Below are positions 13,296 to 27,100 of a stretch of 64,000 nucleotides of DNA, in pieces. The stretch is from contig CM120646.1 of assembly GCA_051362555.1 (NCBI GenBank), positions 15,562,001 to 15,626,000 on the forward strand, read 5' to 3'. How positions within the stretch are numbered: the stretch's first letter is position 1; each line of letters begins with the position of its first letter. This DNA comes from Lingula anatina. Taxonomy: Eukaryota > Animalia > Brachiopoda. The notes beneath the pieces are model-generated. The model saw only the letters and a program-made list of their open reading frames with translations. It was not told the origin of the DNA and did not search any database. A program made the translations under genes and the position numbers.

Positions 13296-14257
13296 CTTCC
13301 GTAGCTTTCTTTCCTTCAAATGGTTTCTGTACGAAATAAAATTTGTAACATATTATGCTACACTTTTAATTATTAAATGCAATACACTATATTCCGTTAA
13401 ATTCTCGGAAATGATAGAGAAGATGTGTTTCATTCTTTTGAAAGAGCAAATTAATGACAAAAACACCTGCACTGACACAATAAAGATTACATGACAAGTA
13501 CATGTGTAACAAAAATTAGTGCCTCGGATGCGCCGCCGTTATCTGTTTCCATGTGGGCTCAATCAGGACAACAGTAGATAGAGATGCGGGAAGTTTGTGA
13601 GGCATGGCCGCGTTTGGTGAATATTGATTTAAAATGATGCAGTATTGGTGCAGTCATTTCACATGGGAAGTCACGCTCTAGAAACGCTGTTAGCTGGCAC
13701 TTCTTTCTTGTTGTCACCCAAAAGAACTGTCACCAATGGCACGTTTTTTTCTATCAAATATAACATTTTGATCAAATAAAATTAAGCTAAGACGCCTATG
13801 TCTTCATTTCGAAAGTGAGTCAAAAGAGAGCACAGAAAAGATGAATGCAAACCAGAAAACAGTTCAGACAAAAGAGAATTATCTCTTTTTTTGCATTTCA
13901 GTGTTCAAAGGGTCAAAAAATTGCAAATATCGCCATCATTGACTGTAGAAAGCTGTCTCTTGCGTCCTAAATGACCGTGTCAACAATGAAACAAAACCAA
14001 TTATTGTCATGAGGCCCGCATCTTATATCTATTTCCATCCAATCCTATCTACTCCCTTGTTCCAATTAATGAATATGATTACCATTGCAATATATTCCAG
14101 GCCCTGGGCTTTATATGAAAACTTAGAATAAAGAATTGAAAACATTAAAAAAAAGAATGAGTCCACTGTCACTGCTGCTCCATCCGCTCTTTCTTTTCCT
14201 TGATGCATAACTCACTGTTTGTTGTCAATTATTCTTCACAAAAATGCAAAAAGCAAT

Positions 14258-14295
<38 letters not shown>

Positions 14296-14609
14296 CCGCA
14301 TGCTCCACGTCACTAAATTACATGGCAAAAATTAACACAAAAGAAAGCGAAGGCTGTTTTGATGACCACATTAGTGCCTCATAATCAAATCAAATACACA
14401 TCAAATATTTCAAATGAATCCATCGGTGCGAGAAGGAGCGACATAAGCAAAAAAATCTAATGGGTCCAAAAATAAAAAGCTGAACTTGAAATGTAGCAGT
14501 TAATCTTCTTATTATAATGATCTAATAATGAACATGGTTCGTATTGAACAAATTATATGTTTAAAAATCATGCCATGGGTCTAAAATGATATACAGTATG
14601 TGTGTTGTA

Positions 14610-15372
14610 GTATGGCGATGAGTTAGGAACTAAGCGGTGTCTCTTTTGACCCAAAGCCTTTGCTTGGTCCTGAGAAATGTTCGAGGCTGTATCAGTTATA
14701 CCTACAGAGTTGCTTACGTATTCTACATATAGTGAAGGGCAGATCTCCATGTTTACAGGTGTCATGTTATTCTTAATGAGACGCTTGGCAAAAGATATAC
14801 GACTACTGTCATGTTGGCAACTTTATTTATTTATTTATTTATTTATTTATTTGAAGGTATATCCATTTCATTAACATTTTTTTTTCTTTTTTCGCCTCTC
14901 CATTCTTTTCTCTAAATATTGATTTATTCATTTGACATCCATGTGTGTATTGATATTTATACAGACCTGACATTTAATATGGAATATTTCAGTTTCGAAG
15001 GTATGCCTAGGTAAAAATGCGTTCTTTTTAAAAAAATCCGATCTCGCTACCACTTAACTGATTAACAGGTGTGTTGCGCTGCTGCATTATGAAATATGCA
15101 GTGATTTAATTGGGTAGTGCTCCTTTAGGCTGGTCAAAGCTTGGCTTTGGCAAAGCATGATTCTGTCAAAAAAGTATCCATATGTCGGCAACTACTACAT
15201 AGCTGAATCAACGGCCTACATGCCCTACAACAAAACTGGACCAAATTGGACAGATATTGACCGATGCCTGGAATGTTATTTCAGATTGAACTCTAAAAAC
15301 CTATCCCAAGGAATGCCTTGCCGCTTGAGAGCGCTGGTAGCCCCCAGAAGAGGCCAGCGACCGTTACTGTGA
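14610..15372 (+). pseudogene. Highly decayed Tc1/mariner-type transposase relic
   Basis: Colinear fragments resembling Tc1 motifs: VWR, GCISY...RADLHV...KRY, a degenerate SPDLNPIE-like stretch near 15045-15070, and C-terminal LSQGMPCRLRALVAPRRG (compare L..SMPRRL.AVI.A.GG). Many stops, no TIRs found. Confidence 0.4.
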
Positions 15373-15807
15373 CTAGACACTGACATAAGGGTCCTTTGTG
15401 GAGCGTGTAACTCTTTAACAGACGATAATTTGGAAAATATGGAGATCCAAAATATCTCTTTTAATGGTTGTCGTATGACATAGAATAGGCAATGTATTTT
15501 TGTTTGCTTCTCTGGCGAATTCAATTAATGAACTGATGTCACAATGACATCAAAGAGATAATTTAAAGTTATTAAAACACGATTTTAATCCTTATTTTTA
15601 TTTATCAGTTAGTAAAATAGGGAAAAACTGATGAAAAATGATTTGGAAAAAATATTCAATATTAAATGTCAAGTCTGTATACCCCTTAACGATTATTTTA
15701 TCATTGGTGTGAAGATTTTTTTCGTTTTCCTGTGCATATACAATTCTTTTTTCAAAATCGCCACAGGTCCCATAGGTCCCTAAAATATGTTTTGTGGGTT
15801 ATTTCGC

Positions 15808-15864
<57 letters not shown>
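15808..15864. repeat. (TAT)n microsatellite
   Basis: Direct reading. Confidence 0.97.
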
Positions 15865-17290
15865 CCTACGCTGTTGAATGAAAAATAAAATAGATAATAT
15901 GAATTATAATCATTTTATCTCTATGACTTGCATTCTAGACGAACAGAATTTTCTCCTCATTTATTTTCTACATCTGGAGACTATGTAATTTATGTACATG
16001 TATATAATTGTGACGCCTACCACTGGTAGGCCTATGCGCAAGATGGCAGCCGCGTGTTTATGATTTAAAATTTATGTTTGCAAGAATTGCCCAGGGGGAA
16101 ACACACATATGTTAAGAGTTATGCGCCCAGATCGTGACGCGTGCTCTTTAGTACAGGCCCGTGTCACGAAGACTAGACGCTATAGTTATGTACAAGTTAA
16201 ATCATATGTTGCGTCGTTGCTTAATGCTAAATCATGCGATCGGGAAGACCTCCGTCTGTTCATAATTTTACCAGTGAGTATCCCGTGGACAAAATCACTT
16301 GGAAGGTTGGTCCTGATGCTATCTGAATCTAAAGGAAGGAAACAAATGATGCTCGTTGTTCATTTAATTAATGTTTCATTTTGTCTGTGGGATATATCGT
16401 GTGTGTAATGTTCTACACCCTGCTACACCGTGTCGCTTGGAGAACGAACTATGGCCCATTTTCATGAATATTTAACAAAAGAAAAGTTTGACATATTTAT
16501 TATTTAGTCAATTAATACCGATGTCTGGATGATCAAATATATTGTCAAAGCCTCGACTTTGAAGGGGTGGAAGTGGGGAAAACCCCGCTTTCCTAGTTAT
16601 ATTTTTTAAATTTTAAACAATTGAACAATGTTTCAAAAAAGTTTGGAAGATGTAGGATGCAATATAATGGTTCCTAGGAAAAGTCAACCGAAAGCAACAA
16701 TTCATATCTCTAATAGGTTTCCTTTGATCTTTGACAACAGCATGCATGCAGGTCATTGTGCATAGAACGTAATGGTTTATTTTCTAGGATTCTCTTTGAA
16801 CGTCAGATAGTTATGAGTATATTGCTTAATCTAAGGCAATTTAACAAACACAACATTCTCTTGTTACGAGATATTACACTGAGACGTGTGGGTTCGAGCC
16901 CCAGATTGCTTCGCTTCACGGGCCATCAAGCAGGTTAAAATGTGCCGGCTCTAATTAACGCGTTTGCAACTTTTTTCTTTCCCTTTTCTGTACAAATGCC
17001 CTGGCAAGTGAAATAATGACCCGGCTGTTGGAGAGATAAAGAGATACATATGGCAACATATGGCAACCGGTAGATACATGATAGGAAATGAGACACTCTG
17101 GTGAGACACTGTATGTGTACATTACTAGTAGATGTAAACTAATTGTCCTAATTAAAAAAAAACAAAAAACAAGCGGGTTTTTTGTCTTACGTTGCACATA
17201 ACCTACGTTGCGAGTAGCAGAAATAGATTTTGAAATAAAAAATCTCAGAATGAAATTCACGATATAATTACCAGTGCATATCTTTGTTCT

Positions 17291-17438
17291 TTGCGACGGA
17301 GGCTGTAAGATGATATAAACAGAGCAGTGGGTTTGACAATGGCTGAACTTTTCAAGGCTGCTCAGGACCGGGACTGTTGGAGGCGTACCGTTGCATGTGC
17401 CAAGGCGGGTCAGCCTTGGCCCTTCCGTCTCTGATGAT
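17291..17438 (+). mobile_element. 5'-truncated RTE-clade LINE (3' end) with 12-bp TSD
   Basis: Translates RRRL*DDINRAVGLTMAELFKAAQDRDCWRRTV, the typical RTE ORF C-terminus (DDI...AQDR..WR). Ends in a TGATGAT tail. Perfect direct repeat TATCTTTGTTCT at 17279-17290 and 17439-17450. Confidence 0.88.
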
Positions 17439-19563
17439 TATCTTTGTTCTAAATACTAGCAGTATTATGTCTTCTCGACCTGATGCGCTGACATCGCCAA
17501 GTATCAGTTAACATTTTTATTAGAAGAAAATTAACTGTCCAAATTTAAAAAAGGGTAACGCGGTTTCATTATCTCATAATTCAATGTAACTAACACTAAC
17601 AATCATTAAATTAAAAAAAATCTCTGAATAAAATACGCGATATAATTACGTGAATGTATTTTAATGATAACACACTCTTTATGACATCTTGACTTAATTC
17701 AGTATCTAATATCAGTTAAAGCGTTCAATGCTAACATGTTAAGTTATCCATATTCAGTTATTTCCATCTCGTGTTGTGATAACGTGATCATCATAACCAT
17801 AGCTGAAGGGCATATAAAAATCAACAAGTCATACCTGGCTGTACAAAAAAATGTTATCCTATACTAACAAAATTGAAATGAGCCCACATATCCTATGATG
17901 ATTAAGGGCCTCCTAACATCTAGCATCCATCGCATCGTAATAAGGTTAGAAATTATGCATATTATTTACAAAGAAACTAGACTCAAATGTTGAATACACC
18001 CAGTCTTTTGAATCTTTAACGCAGTTTTACATATTACACAGATATGCTTGCCTTATAACATATAGTGTTAAAGAACCTATTGCCTTAATATTGTCACAGT
18101 TTTTTTTTTTTTTTCGAAGACACCATCTTAACAACCCCATTCCTACCCTAATTGTAGAATGCCTGTTCAGTCAATGGTCAACGGTTGAACGAGTCATTGC
18201 CTAATCTTTTATCGTAAAAATGAAACAGTATTGATTATTGAACTATAAACTATTTAAAAGACATAACCGATACACATTCCCCTACAAATTTTTTTCAATA
18301 TCTTCGCATTTTATTTCAATATAATATTTGTTTATCCCTTTTTCAAATAAGCAGTGTAGTGTATGGTCAACGTGTAGTTTTCTATGACAACCGAGAGGAG
18401 GGGTTGTGTAGAATTACTTAAATCGACGTTGCGGAAGCAAATAAATTATCTGTGACAAAATCAAAGGATTCCGTGCTCGTTATTAATTTATAGCTTTAAT
18501 GAAATCTTCAAAATATTTTTGCAGGATTAAAAGTAAAAAAAATCAATCGAGACACTTGACCACGTGCTGACACAATGAGTTTGCCTCAGTCTTCCGTCAA
18601 AAATAAAATATCGCTGAAATTTGCTTTTCTGTACAGTGGTTCAATGCTATGATTTGTGTGAAAATCGTTTTCATTAGGTCGATCAAAGCAGCTTTCAAAG
18701 GAACGTATAACGACAACATGTCACTTCCTAAATCTTTGAGTGCTCAAGTTAAATCGTTATGTAAGTTCAATGTCTTCACTGAGGCTGTGTTCAATTTAAG
18801 CCCGATACCTATTCTCTAACAGAGCCACAGGTTGATTTTTCACTAGATATTAACATATATCTCTGGTTAAATTGATGGTTGATCTCTGTTCTGTGCCTCA
18901 GCAAAAATGTCCACAGAATAATAACTGCGGCCCTGGTAGAGGATACCCTAAACCCTCTTGTTTGCCTTTGTACATGTTTGTGGAAATTACTTCTCAAATG
19001 TGGATTAATTTTGTTTTCAGTGACTCTTTCATTGTAAATATTATTAGGTTGAAACCGGTGACGCTGTAATACTGCATAATTTTGGAAGTGTACAAGCGAG
19101 TGGAAAAGGACACTGGAATAAAATATCCTTTCCTTTGGATTCGGTTCTTTAATTGAACACATTTTGACATAAGCTGTTAACTTCTAAAATGAATTTATAA
19201 ACAGAAATCAATTATATAAAAAGACTCGAAATTCAAAATTTTGATTGCTCAAAATAGTGCATATCTATTCAGGCAAATTCTTTTTAATACTACTACATAC
19301 TGGTTCCTCTGACGCATTTATCTTTGAGTCATAAATGTGACTCTTAATAACTATAAAGGTCGTCTAAAAACAGTGTCGGAATGAAAGTGTTGTAGACCCT
19401 TGGAAAATGAAATTTCCCCAGACTGTGACAGTCTCTATTCAGATGACAATCACATATTCCAATCAGTATGGGACAAAATCCCACACCACAAAAAAAAAAG
19501 CTTGAATGTGTAATGATGACTGATCGGAACTGACAATGCTTAAATTGCTATGCGTTGGACCAG

Positions 19564-19799
19564 GGGCCAATTTCACAAGAAAACATTCACCGGAGATTTG
19601 TTTTTGGCTTTTTGACCAAAATTAAGCCTACTACGAATTTAAGATAAATTCATATATAGTATTAAGACTTAAGTGGCTATTATTCTGAAACATTAACTAT
19701 GCCTTTCCTCTCACACAGGCGTGGCATTTCATTTAAGCGTTGTGATACTGCATTATCTTGGCTAAAGGTAAGCTTAAATTGTGGTCTATTAATTAATTA

Positions 19800-19857
<58 letters not shown>

Positions 19858-22800
19858 GTCTGAAATCCAATTATTTTCAATAGACTTTACAATACATAGA
19901 ATATGAAATATTGTACATGTAGAATGTGAAATCAAGTTAAAAGAAAAGGGGGGAGTCATTCGATAATCAATAGATATCAATAGATAATCACGTCATGACC
20001 AGGGTTGATATTTTAATTCCAAATTAATAATAAAGATTGTCTCCGAATTATGTTTCTAGAATGCTAGTTATGTAGATATAACGGTACCTACTCTGCATTT
20101 TTCATACATTTTTAGCAAAGCATTTTTGGTACAAATAACCGTAATTCATGAAGTTCAAAAGAGTAAAAACCAATGTTTAAAAACACAAAGATAAGAAAAC
20201 GAGAAAAAAGCGGCAACGGGTGCTTTAGTAGCATTGAAAGCAAAACCTGTGATACAAATTGCTCTTAATCCATAGCTAGAAACAAAAACAAAACCAATTC
20301 CTCAAAATCCATCAAACACAAAGTAGTCAATTTTTTTGAAAAATTGGGTGCTTTTGGAAATCAGTGTATCTATACCTCAAATTCAGATTAGGTGAAACCT
20401 TTTTTTAAACTCTTTTAACTGTTTCTCTCGACAAATAAATCCTTGCTTATTGATTCAATGTCACTCACATATTGAAATAAATTGATGATATTCAAACTTT
20501 GTCATTAATTGTAATCATATCTTTATCTTAAGTATTTAATAAGATCGTTGAACATTATCTCCCGTTTCTCTCTTCAAAAAAGAAAGATCTTTCCACCTCT
20601 CAGGTAAAAACATGCCTCACATAGCCTATGGCGAGCGCGCCGTATGAAATGTGATAGGTCGTTATTCAGAGATAGGCCTTTTGTTACACTCAGGTGAAAA
20701 TCGGCAGGAAAACAAACAAACAAATAAACAACGGTATGGCGCTGCTTTATCTAGGACCTAAATCCTGTTCTGGGTTATTGTCCTTCACAAAAACTTCGTG
20801 GTCGTACCCGTAGTGAGTTTTGAAGCTGTCAACTCCGCCATTGTTCATGACCATGACTCCGAAAACCTTTAGCGAGGACTTCCCACGGTGTCTTACAATG
20901 TACCTGGTGAGACGCACAACGACGCTAGCGAGGTCCTGGGGCCCCTAGCAGGATCGTGGCGTCTTCCCGAGTACCCCTCACGCAAAACTGGCGCGAGACA
21001 ATGGCAGTGAAAGTATTAAGGGGGTGAGCTGAACGCGGCAGACGACAGTCACGCAGACTGGACATTTCTGCCTGCACAGCTTACGTCAAATCAGATTATC
21101 TTTGCGGCAGACGATCCGAGTGAAAACCTGGGAAAACGCGCTAAAAAGATGACAGACGAAATGCCCTTAACTTCGTAGACGACGTGAACGTCGTGAAATT
21201 GAATGTAATTTTCACTATTGGCGTTGACAAGGAGCTAGGATGCCGTCAGGTACACTGCAACACCAATCCACGGCTCTCAAATCTCTCGTCTCGCCGTCCT
21301 GAATAAAAAGCCCTCACGAAACCTCGCCGTTTCTCACGGAAATTCAAACGTTTCACTTTTATACATCCCGATCTTCTGAATTTAATACATTCCTACATAT
21401 GCGTTTTGCAGACTGCTTATTGTACCATACCCATTAGGGTACGAATGAACCAACAACAACTTTTTTGATTCATGTTACTACCTCAAAGTGTACTATACGT
21501 CCTACCTCGTCATGAAGAGTAATATCAGAGAACAAACTACCTTGGAATTCCACTTTCACCTAGTAGCCCTTTTGGGACCCGCTTAATGTCATCTCTGATA
21601 TATAAGTGCACCCCAGAAGCACTTCTACCAAATTTATTGCAGTTAACTCTAAATCTCAGCAATTACGATGAAGGACTGAAGTGTGGCAGACGACTTCATT
21701 ATGTCCCTCATCTTGAAGAGCAAGGGGAAATTGCTCGGGTAAAGACCGTCAAATTGTTGGCCAATTTATAACATTTTATTGCAGCAGAATTGATACTTGT
21801 TGAGCGAGAAGCGATTTTCACAACCCAGTACGCAACTTCAACAGATTTGAACAAGAGTCTTCCGCAAATGGCGTAAATTAGGCTATCGTCTAACTCACTT
21901 ATCTCTATGCACTCGGGCCCCTAACTGCCAAAAATCTCTTCAAATTACACCAGGTCTTTACAATTGCCCTGCCAGTCCTAATTCATAAATTATACGGCAC
22001 AGGCTTAATTTGTGCCTACCACCACTTTTTCGTTTTACAGATTGAAGACTTTTAACACAAACGTATTCCCGCCGGCTCCCAACGGCCACGTGACAGAGGG
22101 GGAACAAACTGTACCCGCCTGATTACAGCCTTCCTCAGTTAAAAACAACTTGCTCGTATGACAGTCTTGCGTGTCTTGTCTTTGCTGGCTTTTGACAGGT
22201 GAATAATGGAATCATTAAGGCATACACACATCGGACTAACCAGCTTTGTAGACAGTGCGGCGCTGAGGGTCGGCCCTGTCAATATCCCGGTTATTTTCGG
22301 GCCATTTCCCTTCGAGCTCTCTTCAGCTGCCTCGTTGCTGGAAGCAAATTGGTGGGGGAGGCTGGGGTGGGGTGGGGTGACGGAGGGGTCAGAGGAACGC
22401 GCTCTGGTAATTGTGTGTTTATAATCTCCCGTTGTGACGGTATATTTGTCACAAAAATAAGCTATCTGTCGCCGACAAAACATACAAATATAGATTATTG
22501 TAATATATCCCTAATTACTGTTTTATTTCATTATATCGTGTCCTTTGTGGTGGGAATAAATTTCATTTAGATGTATGAATGGCATTTCTCTTATTACTTG
22601 TTTTCAATTATTATTGCATGAAAACACACAAATGTTGATTTCATCTGATACTGTACTTATAAACCATGATCTCATCCATCTTTATAACAGCCAGAGATAA
22701 AAGGAACCGTAATTTTACACTGTATATCTAAGTCGCATTTTCTGCTGCTTTAAAAAGCGAATAAATACAAAATAATAATTCTTCTTTGTTCATTGCTCTT

Positions 22801-23684
22801 TTATTTCAGAATACAATAACTCAACTCCCTTTTGAATGAAGCATTTGTTTGAAGTAGTCATATCCTAAATTGGCATATATTTCATGTCAACAAATTCATA
22901 CCTACCACTAAACGCATATACTCACCTTTATACATATTTTACACAAGTTCGCCGGCCATGCATACAGCTTAGAATGCATAAAAAATAGACTTTTTTTATT
23001 ATTGCGTGATGATAGCTCAAAAGATCTATTTTAAAGGATCTGTTTTTTTTTTTCTTAAATACATTCAATCCTCTGTTCTTGTTTCTTTATAGCTGTAACT
23101 TGCTTGTAGATCGTAAAAAAATGAGCATCAAATGCTTATTGTGTAGTTGTTTGTAAGCCCGTATCACATGGTATTAACACTGTTATCAAGCCTGCAGCTT
23201 GTTTGGAAGCTCGGTACAATTTCAGAATTTTGCAAACTTTTCGCCCAGTTTTATAACTGACAATATTTATGTGAAGCGAAATTCTTGGATGGATAAAAAT
23301 TGTACGAGGCTACCAAACGTGAAATATGCAACACAAGTGTTATATCAATATTATCATCAAAAAATCCAAGAAGATGATCTATGAGCACCGAATTTTTATA
23401 TCAGAAAAAACATTAAATTCGTTTTGGAATAAATATTGTTAAGTTAAAAAAAACATTAATTGTTGGAATGAGGTTGGACGATATTACAACCGAAAGTTAC
23501 TTTCAGCTTATAGAGCAATTTTGGGTCTACCTAGATTCACGAATACAGCACCCTTTATTCATGTATGAAACGGGCGCAACATCCTATGCATTCCACTGAT
23601 TAATCATGGACCAATGTAGACAAGGACCTTAAGTGTAAAAGTTTAGACAAAAATTTGGTGTTAAATTCTTTGTGAAATAAGCCC
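19564..23684. mobile_element. Pair of Harbinger-like MITE termini (one expanded element or two independent fragments)
   Basis: CAG|GGGCCAATTTCACAA at 19561-19578 and TTGTGAAATAAGCCC|CAG at 23670-23687. Termini match 13/15 as inverted repeats, both flanked by CAG. Confidence 0.4.
19802..19857. repeat. (TAA)n microsatellite
   Basis: Direct reading. Confidence 0.97.
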
Positions 23685-23801
23685 CAGAAATCTTTCAAAA
23701 ATGTTTCAGCTGTCGCATATATTTCCTCTATTGCCTTGAAATTCCACAAAACGCGAGTCTTGATTATATTTTTAAAAACCGCTAAAGAGTATAGACATTA
23801 A

Positions 23802-24138
23802 AGGGATAATAACTCTTCATATGAAATCTATATTTCATGATAAAAACATAGTGAATAACTCATAGAAATATAATATATTCTGTTTTACCACAAAAACGAC
23901 AGTTATAGCTATTATTCTGATATCTGAGCTTGTCTTCAGATCATGTGACCTCCATTGATGGCTATACTCTGTTATAATCTCTTAAGAGATTTTAACAAAA
24001 AACCAAACTTTTTAGAAAAAAACAGGGACTAACTTTGAATGTAAAAATGGATTCAATAACCATTGGTAAGTGTGGGAAAAATTGTTGTTTACTCCAGGAA
24101 AATTCATTTTTTTGACAAAACGAAGAGTTATTATCCCT
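23802..24138. mobile_element. 337 bp Kolobok-like MITE
   Basis: Perfect 17-bp TIRs AGGGATAATAACTCTTC (23802-23818) / GAAGAGTTATTATCCCT (24122-24138), TTAA on both sides (23798-23801, 24139-24142). TTAA TSD with purine-purine termini fits Kolobok rather than piggyBac. Confidence 0.85.
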
Positions 24139-27100
24139 TTAAAATTATCATTTTTGTCAACACCTTTTAAAATAAGGACTCTTTAGGTAAGAGTTTTGGT
24201 AAGAGAAGAAAGATTATAATATTTGTATTAACACCAATTCAAGTTAGTACTTGTTAGGGGTGAGTTTTGGTAAAAGAAAGAAAGAGAGGTTACCAAAATG
24301 TGTTGTGCCATATGCTACTTTCTGCCGGGGCCAGGGAGAGGTTTTTCACCAAATATCAACAGATATTTCTCTGACTTAAGCCTATTCTGTGCACTTTTTT
24401 GTGCTGTGAGAATTTTTGCACAGAAATTACGCCATTACTTAGCTGGTCTCTGGTACTTGTGAACACTTACGCTCTGATATGTGCAAATAATGCAACAGTA
24501 GTCTGAGATGACATCTACATTAATCAAAATTACCAGGAGCCATCTCGCCACTTGTTCATGCTGAAAACAACAATCAGGTGAACTGTCCAATCATAGTTCA
24601 GCAACCAGATGTCGATTTACACGTTTATCGGTGCAAATTGTGTTATCAGATGTTATTTGTATATTCACTCGAGATACATTAAGATGGTTATCGTGGTATT
24701 CAAAGCAGGATTTTTTATGGGGAGGGGGATACTTTTCATACACTTTCCTGGCATCGTGAAGAATTATATGTTAACTTTACTCTTCTATTAAGTTCCCTTA
24801 AGCTTACTTGCAAAATTGACATCTAAAAAGAATATAATTATCTGCTGAAATAAGTTGACTAATCTCATAAGCGTAACACAGATATTTAGGCTTATTATCT
24901 CTTTCAAATCCATTACAGTTGACTTTCTTGTGTTTTTCACTTTATTAATTCAGTAATTAACAGACAATTTGTCACTGACTGAGACCAACTTTGTCGAACA
25001 GGCACGAGGACCACCGAACAGAGCCGGAGGCCACCGAGCAGGAGGCCGGGGGCTCCTTGAAGAGGGAACGGAAGGAATGGGGACCCCCGGATAAAGATGT
25101 TATTCTTTTAAGCCCCGAGACTTCAGTTTGAGTAACCTTTGATGCTAATTTCATTCCCGGGCGGCAAGGAGTATCTCTGTCCTTTCCCTCGAGGAGGTTT
25201 CGCGTGTACTACCGTGTTCTAATCAACAAAACGGTAAAAGTTCCCGTTACAAAGACCAACTCCGCCGCTGGGGAAACAACTTTTTTCTTTTATCCCCGCC
25301 TCAGAAATTCACTAAAAGGACCCTGTTCGGCATATCCGTCCCTTCGTTCTTCTTTCCAGAGTAATTAGTCGTCTCCTCCAGCAAAGCGAGATGTTGGGTT
25401 TTGTTTCGCAGGGAAAACTGGCTGGGTAGAGGACAAATTGGTACGGATAGATATTGAATGGACGAGGACCTCTCTGACGTTTTCACTTTCCCTTGGGAAT
25501 ATGAAGCGTTAGTTTTGTTCTTCATTTTAAATCTGCCTTAATATTTTGCTTCTAATGCGCCAGAAATTTTAATAATTATTTCTTGTTTTAAACTTTTCAG
25601 AGGGTGAAGTTTTTGTAGCATCGTGCTGTACCGTTAATGTGGCTGCTTTTATATATTTCGTGATGAAATGAACTTCAAATAAAAATCAGTAACTACATGT
25701 ATAAACAAAACCTATGTTATCAAAGAAGAGAATTTTGCAAAGCACAGTCTCCCCCCCCCCCCCCCCCCCCCCCCTCCGTCTGGTCTCTTTGACACAAATT
25801 ATTCACCAATATCAAGGGTCGCCAATAACAAACTGTCCTTGGGATTTGTCAGACAAGTGATCACCTGCCAATAAAACCAATGACTAAAGAGAGAAAATAT
25901 TCAAAAAGGTTAAGAAACTACAACTCGAGAATCCAGGGATCTATTCGACTAGAAAACGGCCTACGAAACACTTCACGGCGTTTGAACCTGTCAGGACGGT
26001 TTTCCAGAGCGTTGTAGGTAAACGTAATAACCACATCGGTCTCCTCCCGTTTATTTGTCCAGTTCGCGTTCCCAGCCTTCTTGCCTTACATGTTGACCAC
26101 AGCAGTGCCAGCGTCCACCGCGTCTCTCCATCATCTTGCGCAATCTGGACATCGGTCAGTTTTGTCCAGTTTGGTCACCAGTAGATCGGGTTACAAGTAG
26201 TGTTAATCGACGAAGCAAGTGGCAAGGAGGTTTAACTTTGCTTTTGTCCGGCTTTGTGTTAATCCGTATTATTATTTTATTTATTTATTTATTATTATTT
26301 TATTATTTTTTTTTTTTGGCAGTACTTTTAATGCTTCTTATATTTTTCTGTTATATTTTTCACTGTTAATAGTATCCTGTCAATCTCCACTTAAGTTTTT
26401 ATTCTAAAAGATTAAATGTGTTTTGGTATTTCCGTTTACGTTTTGGCATATTTCACGAGAGCGAGAGAGAGAAGAGAGGGTTGGGGGATACAGCTGTCGG
26501 AAAGGTGTCTTTTCAGGTAAATTAACAAACACTAAAGTTATGTAATATGCACATCAAAGAACCCCTGCCTTGATGACATCATTACCTGAGCGTCCTTACA
26601 CCCTGTGGCCACTTTTAAGTGATTGTTAAAGATCACAAAGAGTTTTTAAGTGTATTTTCAACTTCATTTCATTTTGTAAAGTTGAATAGGATATTATTTA
26701 TGACAAGAAAGCGCTCTTAAGTGAAATGGTTAACTCATGTTATAAACACTATTTCAAAATAATTGGATGTACGGAGCTTTCCTTTGTGAATATTAGCAGC
26801 TACATCCTGTTCAGCAAAAATGGATAACAATGAAAGAAAATTACACTTTTTAAGTTTCATCAGCTTACTGTATTCGAGCTCCTTTCAGAAAGTAAGTTTT
26901 ATGGAAATCTTGAAGTCTTTAAGCCACAAAATTGGCAACTGATTTTTTGCTTATATCTGGTAAGTTCGTTTGTTGGAGATCAAAAAAATGTTTTATGACT
27001 GGTGAATTTCATTATGATAATATAGAAAAAAGAGCACGTTGTTGAAGATAAGTCTGTTAGGAATATATTATTATCAAATATAGAAATATTATCTAAAATA

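Noticed and set aside
16891-16901. Pol III B-box-like GGTTCGAGCCC (tRNA or SINE)
   Set aside because: No convincing A box or cloverleaf. At most a decayed SINE fragment.
25750-25774. Long poly-C tracts (also about 6737, 27836, 62280 and poly-G at 35143) as functional G4 elements
   Set aside because: Simple homopolymers, frequent in this window and prone to length error, with no positional pattern.
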